This document shows positions 56,612 to 64,000 of a stretch of 64,000 bases of DNA, one piece after another (the stretch's first letter is position 1; the number at the start of each line of letters is the position of its first letter). Location: positions 1-64,000 of the IMG/VR virus record IMGVR_UViG_3300042863_001519; one strand, given 5' to 3'. Below the pieces are notes generated by a model, which was not told the origin of the DNA, made no database searches, and was given only the letters and a program-made list of their open reading frames with translations. Source of the stretch: a virus. The translations under genes were made by a program, and so were the position numbers.

Positions 56612-57015
56612 AATAGTTGATTTTGTTTTTTCTGTTCAATAAAAGCAATAACCTCTTCTATATCTTCGTCAGAGAGATACGTAATATTCTCTAGTATAAC
56701 ATGTATGCTGTTGATATAATCTTCAGCCAGATCTTTTGCTATACTATTCCAGGTGCCGGGCTCAATAACCTTCATCATTTTAGGAATCATACTATCCAGT
56801 TGCCTTATAGCATCTGCAGCTACAACAGTGAGATCTACAAAGTCTCTAGCTTTATTCTGTTTAGCTTGTTCTCTATAGAATATAAGAGTCTCACTAGTAC
56901 GTATATCATTCAGAGTTTTTCGAAACAGCTGCCTCTCTATGAATAATCTCTTATAAGAGTCAGCTAGTATCTGTCGTCTAGTCTCTGTTATCTGTGATGG
57001 GTGAGTTATTTTCAT
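56608..57015 (-). CDS. Hypothetical protein
   Basis: Member of the ORF chain. Confidence 0.65.
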   Translation of the reverse strand: MKITHPSQITETRRQILADSYKRLFIERQLFRKTLNDIRTSETLIFYREQAKQNKARDFVDLTVVAADAIRQLDSMIPKMMKVIEPGTWNSIAKDLAEDYINSIHVILENITYLSDEDIEEVIAFIEQKKQNQLL

Positions 57016-57108
57016 TACTTATTTTGTTTGCTATTTACAATAAAATACCTAACTACCAAAGCTATAACTAAAAAAACACCAGCACCTATTGATTGTATTA
57101 TTACATCT

Positions 57109-57552
57109 TTATTGACATACGATATTGGTATGTATAATAGTTGTGTCATAGTGTTTTAATTGAATGGTTAATGATGCTTTTTTAAGTGGGCAAGTGGTGA
57201 ATATGTCTGCACTGCTTACTATGTACGATGGGTGTTCACAAAAATTGCCGCCACCTAAACCAACATGGAACGGACAATCCACACACCCTGTTATTTCTAC
57301 TACCTCAGTTGGTAATGAAGGGTTGATAAAATCGGAGTATTTAATAATTACTTTCTCTTGTGGCTTTTGTAAGTTTAGGTAGTACATTTTTGATGTTGTT
57401 TCAAAATAAATGCCACCATTATCATCAAACCATCTTTTAGAAAAACCCCCACTTCCCATTTCTTGTTCCTCAGCCAACTTAGCAAGGTGCAGCATTTGTT
57501 CCCAAGTATCGCATTTTATGCTTTTGCCTGTAAAATCGTGTTTGTTAGTCAT
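57109..57552 (-). CDS. Hypothetical protein: N-domain shared with 43598..44143, Cys-rich C-domain
   Basis: F.GK.IK..T.....HLA.LA; CVDCPF..C..CPL. Confidence 0.65.
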   Translation of the reverse strand: MTNKHDFTGKSIKCDTWEQMLHLAKLAEEQEMGSGGFSKRWFDDNGGIYFETTSKMYYLNLQKPQEKVIIKYSDFINPSLPTEVVEITGCVDCPFHVGLGGGNFCEHPSYIVSSADIFTTCPLKKASLTIQLKHYDTTIIHTNIVCQ

Positions 57553-57758
57553 TGTGTATATAGTTGCTGTTTTTGTATTTTATTTGATATATTTTCCCAT
57601 GCTTGTTCAGGTGTGTTAAATCTTATAGTTATATCGTCCCCGCCTTTTTTATTTTTTATATAATACCTAAAAGCGTGTGTTCCCGATACGTTATAATCCC
57701 ATTCGCAATACGCCATAGGATATACTGATAATACCTTTTCTTTGGCTGTCTGTGCCAT
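57549..57758 (-). CDS. Hypothetical protein
   Basis: Member of the ORF chain. Confidence 0.6.
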   Translation of the reverse strand: MAQTAKEKVLSVYPMAYCEWDYNVSGTHAFRYYIKNKKGGDDITIRFNTPEQAWENISNKIQKQQLYTQ

Positions 57759-57819
57759 GTGTTATTTATTTTTAGATAAAAAAAAAGATAGGGTTTATAG
57801 GTACTCATTACAGATGTTG

Positions 57820-58074
57820 TTATTCTACTGTTTCTGGTATTACGTAGATAGAGGAGAGTTTGTTGCCTTTGTATACACCAGGATTAGTAGCTTTGTTATT
57901 AACAAAATACACAAAGTTATGTAATATTACCTGAGACTGTATTACAACAGCTTCTTCTGTTGTAGGAGTGTATACTTTGGCATCTCTGATATCGTCAGAC
58001 ATATCACAAAATGTACTGCAGTGGTATCCGATAAAGTCATTATCTCTATTGACGTACTTAAATACTTTCTTCAT
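57820..58074 (-). CDS. Hypothetical protein
   Basis: Member of the ORF chain. Confidence 0.6.
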   Translation of the reverse strand: MKKVFKYVNRDNDFIGYHCSTFCDMSDDIRDAKVYTPTTEEAVVIQSQVILHNFVYFVNNKATNPGVYKGNKLSSIYVIPETVE

Positions 58075-58085
58075 TTTTGTAGTTT

Positions 58086-58580
58086 TTAGTAGTTGTGAAT
58101 TATTCTTTTTGTTCGAAACTTCTTGAAGATATCAAAATGATCAATGTCAATAAAGATTACGTTAAATACAACTAGTGCAGTTGCTATTCCAACTATTGAC
58201 TTTTCTTGTTCACTTACAGTATCTACATTTACTATTACTAGCTTTGATAGGTAAACACAAAAGATTGCCAGTAGATTGCAAAACAGTACTAGAAAGTTAC
58301 TGTCTCTTGTTACTGTATCTACGTGTTTTTCTGGCAGTATCAACTCTTCTTTTTCCAACTCAAAGTAGTGGTACTTTACAACATCATAATTTGTATAGCT
58401 ACTAATATCTATTGTGAGTGGTGCTGATTCAATAAAGAAACAAATAGCTACATCGGTGTCATACATTTTTACACCCAAAGTAATATTGTTTTTCTCAACA
58501 AACTCTTTGAGTTCTTCATTATTACCAAACCATACAGAACATGTTGTATTTTGGATGTCTTTCAGTTTTATCTTTTTCAT
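58086..58580 (-). CDS. Membrane protein (two C-terminal TM segments)
   Basis: Two hydrophobic stretches. Confidence 0.6.
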   Translation of the reverse strand: MKKIKLKDIQNTTCSVWFGNNEELKEFVEKNNITLGVKMYDTDVAICFFIESAPLTIDISSYTNYDVVKYHYFELEKEELILPEKHVDTVTRDSNFLVLFCNLLAIFCVYLSKLVIVNVDTVSEQEKSIVGIATALVVFNVIFIDIDHFDIFKKFRTKRIIHNY

Positions 58581-58714
58581 TAGATAATTGGTTGTGCAGG
58601 TGAAACAATAATAACATTGGGGAACTTGTTCTCAAACTCATTCCAGGTACCAACAAAAGTGTATACAATACAACTTTTTGCAACTCTTTTCTTAAACGTG
58701 AATACAAAGCTCAT
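58580..58714 (-). CDS. Small hypothetical protein, 44 aa (not in ORF track)
   Basis: MSFVFTFKKRV...; TAATG coupling to the next gene. Confidence 0.5.
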   Translation of the reverse strand: MSFVFTFKKRVAKSCIVYTFVGTWNEFENKFPNVIIVSPAQPII

Positions 58715-58797
58715 GATCTGTGTGTTTTTAGAGCGTGAATAATAAAATCGAAAAAAAAGGGGAGTTGAACCCCTTCCCCGGCCTTTAACCGATTTTT

Positions 58798-59130
58798 TTA
58801 GTTTGCTGATGGATCTACAAGATTATCTTCTGTTTCATCATCGTCATTGTCATTTCCAAATAGTTTTGTTCTCATCTCTTCCAGTTGCTGCAACTCAGCA
58901 AACTGTTCAGTTTTGTATTGGATCATGTATCCCATATAAAGCAATTCTGTTCTACTGATGTCCAATGGCAGCTCTTTCTCACATGCAACAAAGGAGTTAA
59001 CACGATTTACTTTTTCGGTTTTACCAAGTTTTTCAATAGCAGCAATAACAATGCTTACTAATTGATCATTACGTTCTTCAGACATACCAAGACTTGAAGA
59101 TAATGTACTTTCTGTGTTCTGATTTTCCAT
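58798..59130 (-). CDS. Acidic hypothetical protein
   Basis: ORF followed by a GC hairpin with U-run. Confidence 0.65.
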   Translation of the reverse strand: MENQNTESTLSSSLGMSEERNDQLVSIVIAAIEKLGKTEKVNRVNSFVACEKELPLDISRTELLYMGYMIQYKTEQFAELQQLEEMRTKLFGNDNDDDETEDNLVDPSAN

Positions 59131-59160
59131 TTTGTTTGTTTTTGATTGTTAGTATTGTTA

Positions 59161-59463
59161 TTACCAGCTATGATCCTCATGAAAGTAATCATCTTCTGAC
59201 ATCTGATCATTAAAAAAAGCAGCTATATCCCCATTAAGACTAAACTGATGCCGTTGATGCATATTAGATGTATTTTCCCAATACTGAGCATTTTCAGCTT
59301 CTAGACAATCATCATGCATAAACATACCATTTGGTCTTTTGTACATTGTACCTGTAGATTCACCACAAGATGCACATTTTACTGTATCACAACCTTGTGT
59401 ATGTGTGTATTTCTCAGGTAGTTCTATTTTACCTATTATACGAGGTCCTATTTGATTACTCAT
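59161..59463 (-). CDS. Hypothetical zinc-finger-like protein
   Basis: CASCG...HDDC. Confidence 0.6.
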   Translation of the reverse strand: MSNQIGPRIIGKIELPEKYTHTQGCDTVKCASCGESTGTMYKRPNGMFMHDDCLEAENAQYWENTSNMHQRHQFSLNGDIAAFFNDQMSEDDYFHEDHSW

Positions 59464-59989
59464 TGTGTGTTTTGTTTTAGATTGTTACTACAATTATGTT
59501 TAGGAGTGTTAATAAATCAAAGTTTGCTCTCTAGTATAGAGCAACAGGCTGCAAGGCACAAGAATACACCAGCATATAGGAATGTAGTACCATTACTGGT
59601 ATACATACTACTTACCAAAGCAGCAGCAGCTACTACGGTAAGAAAGACACATAAGAACAAGAGAACAAGATTACGAGTACGTAGCATGATACATAAGCCA
59701 CTACAGTAGGCCCACACTATTTGATTAATACGATTATTGCCAAGAGTACTTCTTTCTACCAAAGTAACTATAGATAGAAACAGAAAGAAAGAAAGAAAGA
59801 AAGAAAGATAAAGAACAAGAAAGAACCAGTAACAAAAACACTGTGGCAGATGTGCAATAGAGTTCGATACTGATTGTATGGGTAAAAAGAGAGGTTTTAG
59901 GGTTATTAAGGATAGTGGTTGATATCAATAAGAGGAAAAGGTGAGCAAAATACTGGGTTTTTACCCCTGTTTCACACACATTTACTAAT

Positions 59990-60005
59990 TGTTCCACGTG
60001 GAACA
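59990..60005. promoter_or_regulatory. parS-like perfect 16-bp palindrome
   Basis: TGTTCCACGTGGAACA matches the chromosomal parS consensus TGTTnCACGTGnAACA. Confidence 0.7.
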
Positions 60006-60169
60006 TTATAAAACTGCATAAACAATCAGTTATACATAACAGATTCTTCTATACGGCTTATTTCATTGATATAACCCTGGGATTTTCGACACTTTATATA
60101 ACGTATAAACTATATGAAGATGTATAACTGCATTGAAAGCTACATGTTATTACTGTGGAACATCATGTA

Positions 60170-60182
60170 TAACTCGTTGATT
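60170..60182. promoter_or_regulatory. IHF-consensus site
   Basis: TAACTCGTTGATT matches YAAnnnnTTGATW. Confidence 0.4.
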
Positions 60183-60421
60183 ATCAATACTAATTATAAA
60201 ACACAATTACGTAGCTGAAGTTAAACCGGAAAGGTCAGCTAGATATTAAGTGAGATACACAATACTGACATATCCTTGCAGCACATAGACATATAGTACG
60301 TAACACCGACATGGGTCAAAACACCGACATATGGTACGTAGCACAAATACAACATGAGGGAAAACAACACATGGGTATTATCCCATGTGCTGTGTTCATT
60401 TCCCTTTGTTCATGTCATGAG

Positions 60422-61021
60422 CTACTTCTGCTTACGGTTAGCAGCTCCACGAAGTGCATTACTGTTTGGCTTGTTAGCAGCAGCATTGGCAGCAAGATTA
60501 ACTTCTTCGATTTCCTCAAAGTTATCATGAGCAAGTAATACGTCTACTGATGTACCAGATGGGTCATAGTACTTTATCTGATAAATTATTTCATCATTAA
60601 TAGTACAAGCTATTCCAGCTAGTTTACAATCATTAGAAGCATACTTCACGTCTTGCTTAATATCTTCAGCATTTGGTGGCTCAAGAGTTTCTTCAATAGC
60701 TATACGACCAGGTAATATTTGACCTACTTCGTACTTAGCCTCAAAGCGGTCAATACGACCAACAGAGATAGCCCAATGTTCAATCTCAAGGTCAAGACGT
60801 TTGTTCTTGGTTGTCATTGGGGCAACCTGATAGAAACTCACATAACCCATTTTTGGGTTTTTCTTTGAAGGTACAACACATGTATCTTCAATAAGTTCTC
60901 CGTCAATGACTGCTGGTAGAACAATAACAGGGTTAGTGATACCCTTTTTGACAGCCTCTGCCATGATTTCTTGTGCGAATGCACGTTTTAGTTCTGCTGA
61001 ACTTTGTGTAATCTTTGCCAT
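60422..61021 (-). CDS. Conserved crAss-like early-region protein, function unknown
   Basis: GQILPGRIAIEETLEP...IYQ...DVLLAHDN; followed by a terminator-like hairpin at about 60365-60396. Confidence 0.7.
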   Translation of the reverse strand: MAKITQSSAELKRAFAQEIMAEAVKKGITNPVIVLPAVIDGELIEDTCVVPSKKNPKMGYVSFYQVAPMTTKNKRLDLEIEHWAISVGRIDRFEAKYEVGQILPGRIAIEETLEPPNAEDIKQDVKYASNDCKLAGIACTINDEIIYQIKYYDPSGTSVDVLLAHDNFEEIEEVNLAANAAANKPNSNALRGAANRKQK

Positions 61022-61094
61022 GTTTTTGATTTTTAGGCGGTTAACAATAAATAATAAAATACATAAAAATGCTGAAGACAGCTCAAGTAAAGAA

Positions 61095-61767
61095 CTCGTG
61101 AAAATATAATAGTTTCTTGTTACACTTGCTGGACTGTGACAGCAGCAGTATGAGCTCGTGAAAATATAATAGTTTTTAAGTTATAACAAGGGTTATTACA
61201 CCCTTATTATCTTTTAGCATTCAGCACTTTGGTTCTCCAAGCTATTGAGTTCACACTCATTACGAGCATCTTCCATTTCTTTAAACATCTTCTTTAGCCT
61301 TATCTTCTCTTCAAGAATAAAAGCATTTCTAATCTCTTCCTCAAAGCCAGCTTGTTCTCTTTCCTGTTGTATAGCCTCACGTATCAGAACACACGTACTA
61401 GCTATAGCCATAAAGCTTAGTAATCCTACCCATATCCAGATGTCAACAATAGCATGTTCATACTGCTTCTTACATGTAACATCAATAGCAGCTAAGTTCA
61501 TTGCTAGTACAAGCAGTACCAATACAACTGTGTAGGCATTCAAAAACGTACTTCTTTTCATTTGTTTTATATATTAAAGGTTAAACAATACTATACTAAA
61601 AAGAAACAGGTGCTTATAGTGCACCTGTCTCCATTAACCATATCATCTCTGCAATAGCTACTGCATCAATCTCAGCTTGCTCAAGAGCTATATCTCTATT
61701 AGATACCATAGTAAAGCCACTTTTTATTGGGCTATAGCATGGCTATAGTAAAATATAATAGTTTCTT
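61095..61767 (-). repeat. Three copies of AAACTATTATATTTT (minus strand), candidate early promoters
   Basis: Exact 21-bp repeat at 61095-61115 and 61155-61175; core again at 61750-61764. Confidence 0.7.
61214..61561 (-). CDS. Two-TM membrane protein
   Basis: Two hydrophobic segments plus a coiled-coil tail. Confidence 0.65.
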   Translation of the reverse strand: MKRSTFLNAYTVVLVLLVLAMNLAAIDVTCKKQYEHAIVDIWIWVGLLSFMAIASTCVLIREAIQQEREQAGFEEEIRNAFILEEKIRLKKMFKEMEDARNECELNSLENQSAEC

Positions 61768-62056
61768 TGTTAAAAAGAATAGAGAACATTACTGTTCTCT
61801 ATCCCTAACTCTTGGTAGGAAGCCACTCCTTGTTTACGGTTCTTACATCTCCAAGGCAAGTAAGGAGAACGCCTCTGATTTAAAAAACATGACGTTTCAG
61901 TTTTTATGAGTTATACACAAACTCTCATCTGAAACTTGGCTAGGGGGATACCCCTGCTACAGTAGTGAAGCCGTGCAATATTATAGTTAGGCATATACCT
62001 TCTCTAATATACAACTAGCTATTTGATACAGGTACCGAAAAGGAGGGTCAAAATTT

Positions 62057-62707
62057 TTAGAAAAAGTTTTTTTGAATACCATACTCTGCCATTAGTAAAG
62101 CTATTTCTCTCTCAAGGTGGTAGTAGTGTTGTTTGTTGTATCTTGTTAAGGGTATTCCGTTGTTGCTGCAGAACTTATCTTTTAGGGTGTCTTTTTCTTT
62201 TTGCTGTGGTGTGCAGTGGGAGCTTTGGCCATCATATTCTATCATGTGTATCCCTTTAGAAGTTAGTATCAGAAAGTCGTACCTGGCATATCCATACTCA
62301 GTAAACTTTAATCCTTCAAATGCTACCTCCCGGTACCAATCTACTTTGTACTTGTTCAACTCCTGTACTATTAACTTCTCTGCTTCACTAATCTGATTCT
62401 GTGCACGATCAACTACAAACCAATCTAATGGTCTCTTTACAGAACCTGCAACATTCCTGATTGTAGTACCAGCACCCTTTCTTTTAGCACCAAAGTATTT
62501 TCTTGCTTTTGCCATCTTTTTTTCTTTCTCTTTCTCTTTCTCCTTTTCCTTCTCGTGCCGGTTAGAAATTGTAACTAACTCCTCATGCTTTTTCTGAGTA
62601 ATACTTTTAGATGAATCAAATCTACTACTAGCAATACTGCCATTAGAATTACTCAACAGATAAAGAACAATAATACATATTACAAGCACAGTTATCACAA
62701 AAGCCAT
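62057..62707 (-). CDS. Vsr/DUF559-like endonuclease with N-terminal TM segment
   Basis: SEAEK.I...RYDF...IEYDG..H...KD..KD.FC...GIPL.R; upstream TACCTTTG at 62730-62723. Confidence 0.75.
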   Translation of the reverse strand: MAFVITVLVICIIVLYLLSNSNGSIASSRFDSSKSITQKKHEELVTISNRHEKEKEKEKEKEKKMAKARKYFGAKRKGAGTTIRNVAGSVKRPLDWFVVDRAQNQISEAEKLIVQELNKYKVDWYREVAFEGLKFTEYGYARYDFLILTSKGIHMIEYDGQSSHCTPQQKEKDTLKDKFCSNNGIPLTRYNKQHYYHLEREIALLMAEYGIQKNFF

Positions 62708-62808
62708 AAAAAATATTTTTTACAAAGGTATTGTTATTTCCGAAATAGTTATATCTTTACACAAGAAATGTTTATTGCACATTTAAAATGTATACACAAA
62801 AATAGTTT

Positions 62809-63231
62809 ATGGAAGAGAAAAAACTTAAAAGGCCGACAGTAAGAGAACAGTTTGCAACAGGGCCTGAGCAAACAGAACAGAAAGCTCCAATGAGCAAAGA
62901 AGACACGATAAAGTTCTATGAGGAGAACTTACCTTTTATGAGAATGCAGGATGAGTATGAGAAACTTGCATTTGGATTTGCAGAAAGGAAAGTTGAACAT
63001 CTTGAACTACAGGTTCGTGAACTAGAAGCTATTGGTTATTTGAGTCAGTGGAAAGCTGGTCAAGACGAAGCTAAAAGAAGACAAGAGCACGAAGAAAAAA
63101 TGAAAGCTGAGTGGGATGCTATGACACCTGAGCAACAAGATGAATATCGTAAACAAGCCGAAGCTAATCTTGCAGAGATGCAGAACCAAGCAACAGAAGC
63201 AGCAAAGTTATCTAATCAAACAATAAGCTAG
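62809..63231 (+). CDS. Coiled-coil hypothetical protein, first gene of a divergent module
   Basis: 140-aa ORF on + strand after a divergent intergenic region. Confidence 0.7.
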   Translation: MEEKKLKRPTVREQFATGPEQTEQKAPMSKEDTIKFYEENLPFMRMQDEYEKLAFGFAERKVEHLELQVRELEAIGYLSQWKAGQDEAKRRQEHEEKMKAEWDAMTPEQQDEYRKQAEANLAEMQNQATEAAKLSNQTIS

Positions 63232-63233
63232 TT

Positions 63234-63509
63234 ATGATTAATGAGCTGAGAGAGTTTGAATATGATATTATTGAAAGCATGGGTTACGTTATCTATGATG
63301 AGATAGGTCGGAAGCAGAATGGTGATACTACCTGGTCCAAAGTTATTAAAGAGGATCAAATGTTTATAGTAACTGGTACCAGATACTCACAAGGAGGTGA
63401 AAAGAAAGAGTACCGGGAACTATATGACAGTGCAGAAGATTTTAAACTTGGTAAGTTAAGTAACGGTGAAAAGCAGAATGAGAATGAGAAAGAGAAAGAG
63501 AATGAATAG
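63234..63509 (+). CDS. Hypothetical protein
   Basis: Member of the ORF chain. Confidence 0.6.
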   Translation: MINELREFEYDIIESMGYVIYDEIGRKQNGDTTWSKVIKEDQMFIVTGTRYSQGGEKKEYRELYDSAEDFKLGKLSNGEKQNENEKEKENE

Positions 63510-63529
63510 TATTAAAATAGGAACCAACA

Positions 63530-63907
63530 ATGGCTGAAGTACAAGTAGTAAAATGGAACAAGACAATTCCCAATATGGAGAAACCGGATATTATTCGGTT
63601 TCAGTTTATGGTGCATTGTTATATCCAGAAGACTGCTAACATTAGTCCTGCACTTCTTGATTGTCTAACTTTATTGGGCACATTAGGAAGTGCAGAACTT
63701 CTGCCATTTTGTGAGATGCTTACAAAACAAGGTATATTTCAAAGTATACAAAGTAGCAGAAATGCCATTACTCGTTTACAGGATAAGAACCTTATCATAA
63801 AAGAGGGCAGGAATAAAAAGTTACTCAAAGTTCACCCTGATGTAAAAATATACAACAAGGGTAATGTATTGGTTGATATAAAATGTTTTAGTCCAGATAG
63901 AGCATGA
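63530..63907 (+). CDS. Winged-helix-like hypothetical protein
   Basis: QSSRNAITRLQDKNLIIKEG is wHTH-like. Confidence 0.6.
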   Translation: MAEVQVVKWNKTIPNMEKPDIIRFQFMVHCYIQKTANISPALLDCLTLLGTLGSAELLPFCEMLTKQGIFQSIQSSRNAITRLQDKNLIIKEGRNKKLLKVHPDVKIYNKGNVLVDIKCFSPDRA

Positions 63908-64000
63908 CACCAACTAAAGTAAAAGACTTGATTCCTGAGGTTGCAAAAAAACTAGGAATACCAGAAGAGCATCTTGCTGCAATGTATTCGTTCTACATTA
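63904..64000 (+). CDS. HU/IHF-like protein, N-terminus (truncated by window edge)
   Basis: MTPTKVKDLIPEVAKKLGIPEE resembles HU/IHF helices 1-2; ATGA overlap. Confidence 0.5.
   Translation, partial: MTPTKVKDLIPEVAKKLGIPEEHLAAMYSFYI

Noticed and set aside
59452-60006. ORFs 59452..59709, 59517..59762, 59734..60006 and the (GAAA)n tract near 59783
   Set aside because: Low-complexity sequence with no convincing start or motif; a small membrane gene cannot be excluded.
61095-61175. Mini CRISPR array (21-bp repeats 60 bp apart)
   Set aside because: Only two short, AT-rich, non-palindromic copies and no cas genes; promoter-like context is more plausible.
1-64000. Stop-codon reassignment (TAG or TGA), known in some crAss-like phages
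   Set aside because: Giant ORFs and replication genes are intact in the standard code, all three stops end genes, and no suppressor tRNA was seen.
1-64000. Diversity-generating retroelement, retron, integrase or tRNA genes
   Set aside because: No reverse transcriptase or recombinase motifs, no TR/VR pair and no complete cloverleaf found by eye; tRNAscan-SE would be needed to be sure.

Overview
An AT-rich bacteriophage segment with the gene set and layout of a crAss-like (Crassvirales-type) phage. The host is probably Bacteroidota, since TAnnTTTG -7 promoter elements recur. Standard genetic code; no recoding seen. 1-15.6 kb (+): two giant virion proteins. One is a 5'-truncated virion RNA polymerase (zincin, RIP and DFDLD motifs, C-terminal ASCH and SLOG domains); the other is a 2140-aa protein with two zincin-like repeats, a Pol-beta nucleotidyltransferase and a PD-(D/E)xK nuclease. 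16-17.2 kb (+): holin and endolysin. 17.2-62.7 kb (mostly -): replication and recombination genes (RecA, exonuclease, two UDG-like genes, primase, putative SSB, AAA_24 ATPase, DnaB helicase, PolB) among many small accessory genes. 62.8-64 kb (+): start of a divergent module. Main observations: (1) DnaB is fractured in its Walker A motif into two genes carrying halves of a naturally split intein, separated by an out-of-frame NUMOD4-HNH gene with its own promoter; (2) a tmRNA with a remodelled T-loop is followed by an HNH gene and an orphan second tmRNA-like 3' end; (3) a fully mappable group I intron with an HNH-AP2 ORF in its P1 loop interrupts a GHKL-ATPase-like gene; (4) a perfect parS palindrome and an IHF-like site lie in a long intergenic region; (5) repeat-bounded effector cassettes sit in the giant virion proteins; (6) an attenuator-like leader RNA lies at 45.2 kb; (7) many accessory genes show patchy coding-strand TT depletion. 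All calls come from reading motifs by eye; no searches were run.
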